Assembly (NCBI RefSeq): GCF_001997385.1
Contig: NZ_CP019633.1
Location: 1,740,001 to 1,772,000, forward strand
DNA length: 32,000 nt
From: Sedimentisphaera cyanobacteriorum
GTDB lineage: Bacteria > Planctomycetota > Phycisphaerae > Sedimentisphaerales > Sedimentisphaeraceae
Reading direction: 5' to 3'
Below the pieces are notes generated by a model. It saw nothing but the letters and a program-made list of their open reading frames with translations, ran no database searches and had not been told where the DNA came from. The position numbers were made by a program, and so were the translations under genes. Shown in pieces: positions 25,201 through 32,000 of the stretch (positions within the stretch are counted from its first letter, which is position 1; each line of letters opens with the position of its first letter).

Positions 25201-27641
25201 GATACTACGGCAACGGGAAGCTCAAATCAATAACAGATCCCAGAGGCAGCACAACCACTTACAACTACGACAACTACGGAAGAGTAGATGAGGTTATTAT
25301 GCCGGACGGAACGAGTGAGGAATTTCAGTATGACGGGACAGGGAATCTCGTAAAGCACAAGAAATCTTCAGATGCTGTTTATTTCTACGACTACTATTCA
25401 AACGGCCTGCTAAGGGGCAAGTCTGTTAAGATTCCGGAGTCTCAGGGAGATCAGGAAGGCGTTCTTGAGCTGGATGATTCGGGCATACCGGCTATGATGG
25501 ATTCTCAGAACTGGCAAACCGTTCAGGACAGCGAAAGCTTAGGCGGGCAGTTCAGTCAGTCCATAGCAAGCGGGGCAACCTTCCCGATGCAAACGTCGAT
25601 CAGCAAAGACGCATACCTCGTGCAGGTGTACTACCCTGCGGGGATAACAGGCACTATGAATGTAAATGTATTCGACGGCTTCGACAGCAGCAGCCCGAAA
25701 TTCACAAAACAGATCAACCTCGGCTACGCAAGCGAGAGCTGGGTTAATGTGGGCATGTGCGAGTTTGAGAATGATCAGGCAGCAATACAGTTTGAGCAGG
25801 TAAGCGGGACAGCAGCATTTGACGGGGTAAGGCTCGTGCCCTGTACGCTGTATAAGTATGATGTGATGGGCAGGCTCGTTTCAGCAGGTAAATGCGAATT
25901 TGAGTACGACCCCGCAGGCAACCTTGTAAAAGAGATTGATGCTTTCGGACGGGAAATAAGCAAAGAGTATTACCCGGGCGGAAAGCTCAAGAAGCTCGTT
26001 TATCCGGACGGATATTATGTAACTTATACATACGACGCAGCAGGCAGGCTTGAAAGCATTACAGACTCGAACAGTGAACTGCTTGCCTACTATGAGCATG
26101 ATGAGAGCGGTAGAACCACAAGAAAACTCACCGCTGGCGGAGCGGAAACGCTCTATGATTATGAGGATGCAGGCACATCTGATGACGATATGGGGATATA
26201 CCTTGAGAAGATCAGCTACCTCTTTGCCGGCACGAATGAGATGAGCGTTGAATACACCAGAGACCCGGCAGGTAACGTGATATCAAGAAGCCAGCAGCAG
26301 TATGTACAGAATTTCTTCTACGACGAAAACTACTGGCTCACCTTAGCTGACGGCGTTGCATACGACTACAACAACATTCTCCAGCGTGAAAGCAAAACCG
26401 AAAACGGCACAACCATCCAATACACCGACGACGGCGACGGGATGGGACGTTTCACTTCTGCAGGCTCTGAGCAGGTTCAGTACGACGGAAACGGAAATAT
26501 TGAGATATTCGGCGACAGGCAGTTTATATACGACAACGAAAATAGGCTGATAGGCGAATACTCACTCACAGCAGACCCTAATACTGTGAATGTTGCACTG
26601 TATAACTATGATGCCTTTGGAAGAAGAATCAGCAAGGCTATCGGAACCGGGGCTTTGGTTGAAGAAGGCCAGCTTACTAAAACTTTCTGCTATCACGGCA
26701 GAAACGTTATCGCTGAATACAGCTCAGAGGGCAAAGTAACTTCGAGGTATGTTTATGGCGAGAACGGCGAGGAAATCATCGCTATGATAAATATCGAAAG
26801 GCCTGAAAATCTGCTCGAACTGCCAAGCGCTTCTAAAATAGCTGATTCTTGGCTTTGCCTGCCAAATGACACAGAATACCTTGCAGGAGCAAACTTTGCC
26901 GACCCGAACAGGATAGACCTTGCAGACCTCGCTGTTTATATGGATACAAGCTTCGACTCTGAATTTACAGCAGAGATTGAAGAGAACTACTTCGGCTACT
27001 ACCTTGACGCTCAGGGCAGCGTTGTCGGAGTATATTCAGCAGACCCAACCACCGGCGGAATAAAAGAAACATACCGCTATTCGGCTTTCGGCGAATATGA
27101 AATATTCGACAGCACCGGCAGCCAGATATCCGAGTCTAATATCGGAAATCCGTATATGTTCTCAGGCTTCCGCCTCGACAGGGAAACAGACTTCTACTAC
27201 GTCGGGTCCAGGTGCTATAATCCTGAGCTGGGTATATATATGTCCCGCGATCCGCAGAGGAAAATCGAGAGTATGAATATGTACGATTTCTGCAGAAACA
27301 ATCCTTTAGGCGGAGATGACGACTACCTGAACTTTATAAACTCAGTGGATCCAATGAGCGGGCTCGGGATATTCTCAGATATCGCACGGCAGAGAGATTT
27401 CGGTCTCGAAGCCGGGCTTGACGCTGTTGATATGCTGCCCTCCTCAAGAGCGGTATCTGCTATGAAGAAGCTCGGGGTAGGTTCAGGTGTGCAGCCGCAG
27501 GCAGCGGCTTCAGGCGAGCTGAGGAATCCGAAAAATCCGGATGCCTGCATACCTTCAGACCCGGTAAACCAGAAAACAAAGAGCATATTCAATGCTGTAC
27601 CAGAATCGTTCAAGGGTGAGATAGACAAGGTTATGAAATAG
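22251..27641 (+). CDS. secreted RHS / YD-repeat protein (1796 aa)
   Basis: The track ORF starts at GTG 22203. ATG 22251 is preferred because it has an RBS and gives the signal peptide MKRSIISGLLVSAVVLGFFAVQSASA. Supporting motifs:
- RHS entry motif DPVEFCTGKG..PGNTMDINFTRLYY.
- Many YD repeats (YDSYGNMV, YDANGKREY, YDNYGRVDEV, YDAAGRLESI, YDAFGRRISK...).
- Core-closing block NPYMFSGFRLDRETDFYYVGSRCYNPELGIYMSRDP.
- NNP...VDPMSGL. Confidence 0.93.
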   Translation: MKRSIISGLLVSAVVLGFFAVQSASAGRWFKLFKVVFKTERSECNAAYPELETPPIEEGLTVYRYALDNSFFPVCPNSIFYNWEFYGSDLILQVEAFNEKGPDEGYCSVRTAGGVPLVSEGSLRDMDIEEHYEITVNNPAPPMFTNYFAHVSVDSFLYHHWLTNIHVLPFDNEEDNKKYRIQSLDQVLPDTDKGMDPVEFCTGKGIQSINDIYVPGNTMDINFTRLYYGDSDDQGFKRRFSNPAPGQKYLAGTNDEQLKNDCAALEQMKSDSVNMSVEELVNAYGNTGSRSDTIKNYTFMVVEDVSYFIEPDCWKPGQSAPDPNDNLIEVQEGFGEFYDKDGGTLQVDVYSTYEHFCWECDPNSEIISDCTSYVLQIDEESYSYTIDYGIDPESCRVGRNWTHNYNIALRYCGTETDESTCIEYDKYRLYAGNARYSFLRDKSLETGPYTCAKAPGVMLFEDGDTLTVKMKNDVDWYFDASNKENTDRTYFIDYIKDRYGNQMDFYYSDGLLTNITNDAGRYINIYYDDDKMIDYIEDSRGRKWYYTRNDDQDLVSVQCPPAESGTGNRTVQYTYTSANSDNPHQIITQEDSQGQIWSVNYYDSEGRINRQTYGQDDFIASYYTDPNGNITSVEVYDRAGNLEKHYLTETGLLDKLEKEMDDGDWAITDYVYDFDLDQQLSEENAPGHLRKMILPTGEIYEYEYDSYGNMVELIHKADENDTGLSRSYTYSSGPQSKLLSATDENGNTADFSYNGSLLEKIELPADRYFSPQTGQFENVRPSYHFEYTQEGLISKITLPDGGTLDYEYSFASSGAIDYLTIYLNKVSGVWDAKWEYDYNPQTGFVEKVVKPQGGITSFTYDNADRIREISNGLNEITKIAYNPSGLVSRVSSQLGTSFSENTALSYDFSYSILNQLTQITDSLGRITQLGYDANGKREYLKDPKAVQEGFKNLEYTYDNSGRVKSVQLPESYERGPNGNKTDFRYYGNGKLKSITDPRGSTTTYNYDNYGRVDEVIMPDGTSEEFQYDGTGNLVKHKKSSDAVYFYDYYSNGLLRGKSVKIPESQGDQEGVLELDDSGIPAMMDSQNWQTVQDSESLGGQFSQSIASGATFPMQTSISKDAYLVQVYYPAGITGTMNVNVFDGFDSSSPKFTKQINLGYASESWVNVGMCEFENDQAAIQFEQVSGTAAFDGVRLVPCTLYKYDVMGRLVSAGKCEFEYDPAGNLVKEIDAFGREISKEYYPGGKLKKLVYPDGYYVTYTYDAAGRLESITDSNSELLAYYEHDESGRTTRKLTAGGAETLYDYEDAGTSDDDMGIYLEKISYLFAGTNEMSVEYTRDPAGNVISRSQQQYVQNFFYDENYWLTLADGVAYDYNNILQRESKTENGTTIQYTDDGDGMGRFTSAGSEQVQYDGNGNIEIFGDRQFIYDNENRLIGEYSLTADPNTVNVALYNYDAFGRRISKAIGTGALVEEGQLTKTFCYHGRNVIAEYSSEGKVTSRYVYGENGEEIIAMINIERPENLLELPSASKIADSWLCLPNDTEYLAGANFADPNRIDLADLAVYMDTSFDSEFTAEIEENYFGYYLDAQGSVVGVYSADPTTGGIKETYRYSAFGEYEIFDSTGSQISESNIGNPYMFSGFRLDRETDFYYVGSRCYNPELGIYMSRDPQRKIESMNMYDFCRNNPLGGDDDYLNFINSVDPMSGLGIFSDIARQRDFGLEAGLDAVDMLPSSRAVSAMKKLGVGSGVQPQAAASGELRNPKNPDACIPSDPVNQKTKSIFNAVPESFKGEIDKVMK

Positions 27642-27671
27642 CCCTGCGAAACTAATACCCTGAAATGTGAA

Positions 27672-27704
27672 AGAGAGACGTTTGAAGCGTCTCTCTTTTT
27701 TTTT
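27672..27704. terminator. bidirectional rho-independent terminator between the RHS gene and gatB
   Basis: AGAGAGACG (27672-27680) pairs with CGTCTCTCT (27688-27696) across the loop TTTGAAG. T9 follows on the plus strand, and the hairpin lies 30 nt after the RHS stop. Confidence 0.8.
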
Positions 27705-27768
27705 GCTTTATGATAAAATGTTAATGCTGAATCAGAGGCCTTCCTCAGCTATTTTGCCTGAGGAGAAA

Positions 27769-29232
27769 TTATCCCTCGAGGAGCTTGGCGATTATCTCAT
27801 TGGCCACCTTTGGATTCGCCTGCCCCTTTGATTTCTTCATAACCTGCCCCATCAAAAACCCGCGAGATTTCTTCGCTTTCTTGCCGTCTTTGGCATCTTC
27901 CACAGCCTTGGGATTTTCCGCGAAAACTTCTTTGATTATCGCTTCAAGCTCGCCGGCATCGCTCTTTTGAATGAGATTCATCTTTTCAGCAAGCTCCATT
28001 GGCTCGCCTCCGAAATCTATCATAGCATCGAGAATCTTCTCGCCTGCTGAAGAGCCTACGGTGGAATCATCCATCATTTTAGCAAGCTCTGCAATCTTAT
28101 CTGCGGGTATGCCGAATTCCACAAAGGCCTTTTCCGCTTCTTTCGCCCGTTTGAGCCCGTGCTGAGTAAGCAGGTTGCAAGCCCGCTTGGCAGAGGCGCC
28201 AGAGCTTATTGCATTCTCAAAATATTCTGCCATCTCGCGTTCTGCGGTAAGCACGGAGGCATCGTATTCGCTAAGCCCAAGCTCGCTGATGAAGCGTTTT
28301 TCCTTTTCTATAGGCAGCTCCGGCAAGCTTGATTTTATCTGATCAAACCACGCCTCGTCCATCTCAACCGGCACTAAATCCGGATCTGGAAAATAGCGGT
28401 AGTCGTTTGCGAGCTCCTTGTCCCTCTGGTGCAGGGTGATTTCTTTGTTTGCATCCCAGCCTCGGGTGGATTTGGGAGTATTCTCCCATACACTGCCCTT
28501 TTCCATAAACTCATTGAGCTGGCGTTTTGTTTCGTAATCAACGCTTTTCTCGAGGGCCTTGAAGCTGTTTAAGTTTTTTACTTCAACTATAGCCGTGCGA
28601 TACTGCCTGCCGTCTTTCTCAATCTCCAAGTTGATATTGGGCTCGAAACGCATATGCCCCTTCTGCATACTTCCCTCGGATACGCCGAGATACTGAACAA
28701 TTCTCTGCAGCTCAGTGGCCATATACCTAACTTCCGCCCCGCTGTTCATATCCGGCTCGGTTACAATTTCCAGAAGAGGCGTTCCTGCACGATTGAGATC
28801 CACCTGCGAGTAATCGGCTGCTTCGTGGCTGTTTTTACCTGCATCTTCCTCCAGATGCGCCCTTATAATCCGTACGTTTTTAGTGCCTCCCTCGTCTGCG
28901 GGGATCTCGATCGCCCCGTTCTCGCTCATGGGCAAATCGTACTGGCTTATCTGATAGCCCTTGGGCAGGTCCGGATAGAAATAATTTTTTCTGTCCCACT
29001 TCGTATAGCGGGGAATATTGCACCCGAGAGCGAGCCCCGCAAGAACCGAATATTCGTAGGCCTTTTTGTTCATTACCGGAAGTGTCCCGGGCATACCGAG
29101 GCATACCGGACATACTCTGGTGTTCGCTTCGCCCCCGAAACCTGTCGGGCAGCTGCAGAACATCTTCGTTTGGGTCTTGAGCTGAACGTGTATCTCAAGG
29201 CCGACTATGGTTTTGTATTTTATACCGCTCAT
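27769..29232 (-). CDS. gatB: Asp-tRNA(Asn)/Glu-tRNA(Gln) amidotransferase subunit B
   Basis: 487-aa ORF with YKTIVGLEIHVQLKTQTKMFCSCP, RVCPVCLGMPGTLPV, DRKNYFYPDLPKGYQISQ and a C-terminal YqeY-like tail (GFLMGQVMKKSKGQANPK). Confidence 0.96.
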   Translation of the reverse strand: MSGIKYKTIVGLEIHVQLKTQTKMFCSCPTGFGGEANTRVCPVCLGMPGTLPVMNKKAYEYSVLAGLALGCNIPRYTKWDRKNYFYPDLPKGYQISQYDLPMSENGAIEIPADEGGTKNVRIIRAHLEEDAGKNSHEAADYSQVDLNRAGTPLLEIVTEPDMNSGAEVRYMATELQRIVQYLGVSEGSMQKGHMRFEPNINLEIEKDGRQYRTAIVEVKNLNSFKALEKSVDYETKRQLNEFMEKGSVWENTPKSTRGWDANKEITLHQRDKELANDYRYFPDPDLVPVEMDEAWFDQIKSSLPELPIEKEKRFISELGLSEYDASVLTAEREMAEYFENAISSGASAKRACNLLTQHGLKRAKEAEKAFVEFGIPADKIAELAKMMDDSTVGSSAGEKILDAMIDFGGEPMELAEKMNLIQKSDAGELEAIIKEVFAENPKAVEDAKDGKKAKKSRGFLMGQVMKKSKGQANPKVANEIIAKLLEG

Positions 29233-29609
29233 AATTACTCGCTTTTTCTCACTTTTTCGGTCTTTCCGAGATGTTAATTGATTTCAAGGGCTTCGGCCGA
29301 TTTCATTCCGGCTGTAAATTGTAAGATAAAATATTCGGGTATCAAGTTTTGTTTGAAGGGCACTGCTGTTAATTTCGGGGTGAGTCAACATAAAAGTTAG
29401 AGCTTGTATGCCGGCTTGGCCGAGATGGAGAGCTTTTTTTGCATTTTTTATTCAAAAAAGTTTAGATTAAATTTGTTTCAGGCAAAACAATAAACTTGAC
29501 TAATTTAACAGTTCATATTAAATATTAGCCTAACACTTCTCGAAAGAAGTGTTGCGCACTAAGCAGAGGTGCTGTGCGTGTTCGTGTAATTTTAATGATC
29601 GAGGTTGTT

Positions 29610-31619
29610 ATGACATTTTCAGTATTAGATTACATAGTGTTTTTCGGATTCATAGCTGCTGTGCTGCTTATAGGAACTCTTAAGAGCCGCGGCGAAAAAG
29701 GCGGCGAAGATTTCTTCCTCGCCGGCAGAGGCTTGAAATGGTGGCTGATTGGTTTCTCGCTGATCGCTGCTAACATTTCAACCGAACAGTTCGTTGGTAT
29801 GAGCGGTAACGCCGCCAGCCATATTGGACTTGCAATAGCGAGCTATGAATGGATGGCAGCTATTGTGCTTGTGATTGTGGCATTTTTCCTGCTGCCGTTT
29901 TTCCTTCGAGCAGGAATTTACACTATGCCGGAATTCCTCGAACACCGTTACAACCAAGGGGCACGTTTTGTAATGGCTCTTGCAACGCTTGCTATATACT
30001 GCCTTCTGCTTGGTGCTGTAACTTATTCAGGGGCTCTGACAATCAAATCCCTCGGCGGGAACATGGGCATGGATATAAGCCTTTTTAAGGGCTCTGTGGC
30101 TATTGGCCTTATAGCTATGTTCTATGTGGCCTCGGGCGGGCTTAAGGCCTGTGCGTGGGCTGATTTGCTTCAGGGTTCTGCTCTGATTGTCGGCGGAGCT
30201 ATTATTCTTTTCTTCGCAATGGACAAGATGGGCAATGCAGATGAGCTTACAAAGGTAGTGGATGCTACATCAGGAAAAGTTGTTGAACAGACATTCAGCG
30301 CAGACAAATCAGCCCTTGAACGTTTCTGGTCTCTGAATAAGGAACGAATGAATATGTTCCTTCCTGCAAGCGATATGACCCTCCCTTGGACAGCCCTGAT
30401 AATCGGACTGTGGATTCCGAACTTCTACTACTGGGGTTTGAACCAGTACATTACCCAGAGAACTCTCGGTTCTGCTTCCCTTGCAGAAGGTCAAAAGGGC
30501 ATTGTGTTTGCGGCAGCGATGAAGGTGGTTGTTCCGTTTGTGATTGTTGTGCCGGGTATAATGGCTTTCAACCTGTTTGCAGGCAATATGCAGGTGGCAG
30601 CGGTTGACGGAAATACGCCTGTATTCGCCCAATACTACAAGACTAATCCGGATACAGAAGCGATCATTGTTGATAAATCACCCACTAAAGAGGAAATACA
30701 GTCTTGGCCAAAAGAAGATCAGGTTATGCTTGCTGTATTCGATACTGAAGAAGCTTTAAGCGAGACATACACAAACCACCCGTATGTATATCCTATAACA
30801 CAAGAAGAATATAAGAACATAGAGGCAAATGAAAATGTTGAATTTGTATGCCACGATTCTTCAGTAACAAGCGCTTTTCCGACTCTAAGCAAAGAGCTGG
30901 AAAAATATAATGCCTCAATAGGAGGAAAATCTGAAAAGAAATTTTTCCTTGCCTACAAATACGATACGGCGCTTGCTCAGCTGCTCGGCGGAGTGCTCCC
31001 GCAGAATACAGGTCTTACAGGATTTGTGCTTGCAGCACTGCTTGGCGCTGTTGTGAGTTCGCTTGCAGCCCTTCTGAACGCTGCTTCTACAATCTTCTCA
31101 ATGGATATCTTCAAGAAATACCTCAATCCGGGAATTTCTCAGGACGGTATCCTGAAGCTTGGAAGAATTAGTGTTTTGGTGTTCTCGGCAATTGCGATAT
31201 TCCTCGCACCTCAGCTGGGCAACCCGAAATTCAGCAGTATATTTACTGTTATTCAGGAAGGACAGGGAATCCTCAGTCCTGGCGTACTCGCTGTATTTGC
31301 ATTCGGGCTTATATCCAAGAAGGCTCCGAGGTATGCAGGGCTAGTAGGGCTTGTGCTTAATGCGGTTGTTTATATCGGGCTTATGCTTTTGGTACCTGAG
31401 CTGAACTTCCTCAACAGGATGGCAATATGCCTCGGGCTTTGCCTTGTAGCTCTTACGATTATGAGAATTGCTACGCCTCTGAAAGAGCCTGTTCAGATCA
31501 AGAAGAATACAACAATTGAACTGGATGTGCATTCAGGAGCCAAGATTGCAGGTGCTGCAGTTATTGTAGTAGTTGTGCTGCTTTACTTCCTGTTCAGCCC
31601 AATCGGCCTTATCAGATAG
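29610..31619 (+). CDS. sodium:solute symporter family (SGLT-like) transporter
   Basis: The track ORF starts at GTG 29574. ATG 29610 is preferred because GAGG lies 5 nt upstream and the protein then begins in TM1 (MTFSVLDYIVFFGFIAAVLLIG). The SSS signature region is FFLAGRGLKWWLIGFSLIAANISTEQFVGMSG. There are ~13-14 hydrophobic helices plus a ~125-aa hydrophilic insertion. Confidence 0.88.
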   Translation: MTFSVLDYIVFFGFIAAVLLIGTLKSRGEKGGEDFFLAGRGLKWWLIGFSLIAANISTEQFVGMSGNAASHIGLAIASYEWMAAIVLVIVAFFLLPFFLRAGIYTMPEFLEHRYNQGARFVMALATLAIYCLLLGAVTYSGALTIKSLGGNMGMDISLFKGSVAIGLIAMFYVASGGLKACAWADLLQGSALIVGGAIILFFAMDKMGNADELTKVVDATSGKVVEQTFSADKSALERFWSLNKERMNMFLPASDMTLPWTALIIGLWIPNFYYWGLNQYITQRTLGSASLAEGQKGIVFAAAMKVVVPFVIVVPGIMAFNLFAGNMQVAAVDGNTPVFAQYYKTNPDTEAIIVDKSPTKEEIQSWPKEDQVMLAVFDTEEALSETYTNHPYVYPITQEEYKNIEANENVEFVCHDSSVTSAFPTLSKELEKYNASIGGKSEKKFFLAYKYDTALAQLLGGVLPQNTGLTGFVLAALLGAVVSSLAALLNAASTIFSMDIFKKYLNPGISQDGILKLGRISVLVFSAIAIFLAPQLGNPKFSSIFTVIQEGQGILSPGVLAVFAFGLISKKAPRYAGLVGLVLNAVVYIGLMLLVPELNFLNRMAICLGLCLVALTIMRIATPLKEPVQIKKNTTIELDVHSGAKIAGAAVIVVVVLLYFLFSPIGLIR

Positions 31620-31644
31620 GCAAATTACATTTAAACCAAATACC

Positions 31645-31679
31645 AAGACCCTTCCGCATATTGGAAGGGTCTTTTTTTG
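31645..31679 (+). terminator. rho-independent terminator of the symporter gene
   Basis: AAGACCCTTCC (31645-31655) pairs with GGAAGGGTCTT (31663-31673), a perfect 11-bp stem with loop GCATATT. A T run follows. Confidence 0.85.
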
Positions 31680-31829
31680 TCCTTACAAAACTCCAACAGC
31701 AAAAAAAACGGCCTTGAGAAACAAATAAGTTGAAAATTTTGCAATGGTTTATAGAATCATTACAGGTTATATTACTTTTGTACATTGCTGTTTTAATTGA
31801 ATTATTAGTATTACTTGCAGAGATTGTTT

Positions 31830-32000
31830 ATGCCTCCTCAAATAGTTTCAAGTATCTTTGAATCAAGAAATGGGCACAGGTGGATTTTCTGGGATCTTTT
31901 GGCGTGTTTTCTTTCGCTTTTCCTTGCGATGACTTTTACTCCAGCTAATACTCTCACCTTTTTGGGGCTAAAAGTTTCCATATCTATAGTGTATGCAGTT
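31830..32000 (+). CDS. hypothetical membrane protein, N-terminal fragment (runs off the window end)
   Basis: Open frame from ATG 31830 to the window end: MPPQIVSSIFESRNGHRWIFWDLLACFLSLFLAMTFTPANTLTFLGLKVSISIVYAV.... A hydrophobic helix follows a short cytoplasmic head. No family call is possible from 57 aa. Confidence 0.4.
   Translation, partial: MPPQIVSSIFESRNGHRWIFWDLLACFLSLFLAMTFTPANTLTFLGLKVSISIVYAV

Noticed and set aside
27323-27628. 101-aa minus-strand ORF inside the RHS 3' end, considered as a hidden immunity gene
   Set aside because: It is entirely antisense to the RHS tip, with no RBS or promoter. Its composition is typical of a shadow frame. Immunity genes are normally downstream and co-directional.

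Overview
Bacterial chromosomal window with 21 protein-coding genes (two cut by the window edges), one tRNA and the tmRNA. I found no CRISPR array, cas gene, intact integrase or transposase, or any defence system I can name.

The gene content suggests Planctomycetota, probably Phycisphaerae-like. This is an inference from Tat-signal sulfatase and PhoD, a prepilin-type H-X9-DG pseudopilin, a TIGR03790-like protein and sigma54 activators.

Gene order:
- guaB 5' fragment (-), tRNA-Ala(GGC) (+), SWIM zinc-finger protein (-), PhoD-type phosphatase (+).
- ssrA/tmRNA (-), then the ygjP-like / DUF2905 / proC operon (-).
- A 730-bp gene-free spacer carrying an IS110-like start-codon stub and short repeats.
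- A TorF-like outer-membrane barrel (-) behind a textbook sigma54 promoter, then a pseudopilin (+).
- A 10-kb co-directional minus-strand block: sigma54 response regulator, nitroreductase, sulfatase, ROK kinase, GH42-like hydrolase, a catalytically degenerate sigma54-activator homologue and a TIGR03790-like protein.
- recA (+), mntP (-, apparent 1-nt frameshift), a secreted 1796-aa RHS/YD-repeat protein (+), gatB (-), an SSS-family symporter (+) and the start of a membrane protein (+).

Most unusual items:
1. The monocistronic RHS protein has several domains inserted into its shell, a short unrecognisable C-terminal tip and no immunity gene.
2. An ATPase-dead enhancer-binding-protein paralogue is expressed from a near-consensus, apparently leaderless promoter, probably together with the TIGR03790-like gene.
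3. A perfect -24/-12 promoter with a 16-bp palindrome about 120 bp upstream drives the OMP gene.
4. A degenerate copy of the tRNA-Ala 3' end lies 4 kb downstream of the tRNA and brackets the SWIM and PhoD genes.
5. A modular family of short dispersed intergenic repeats occurs at three or more loci.

All calls come from reading the sequence and from remembered family signatures. No searches were run.
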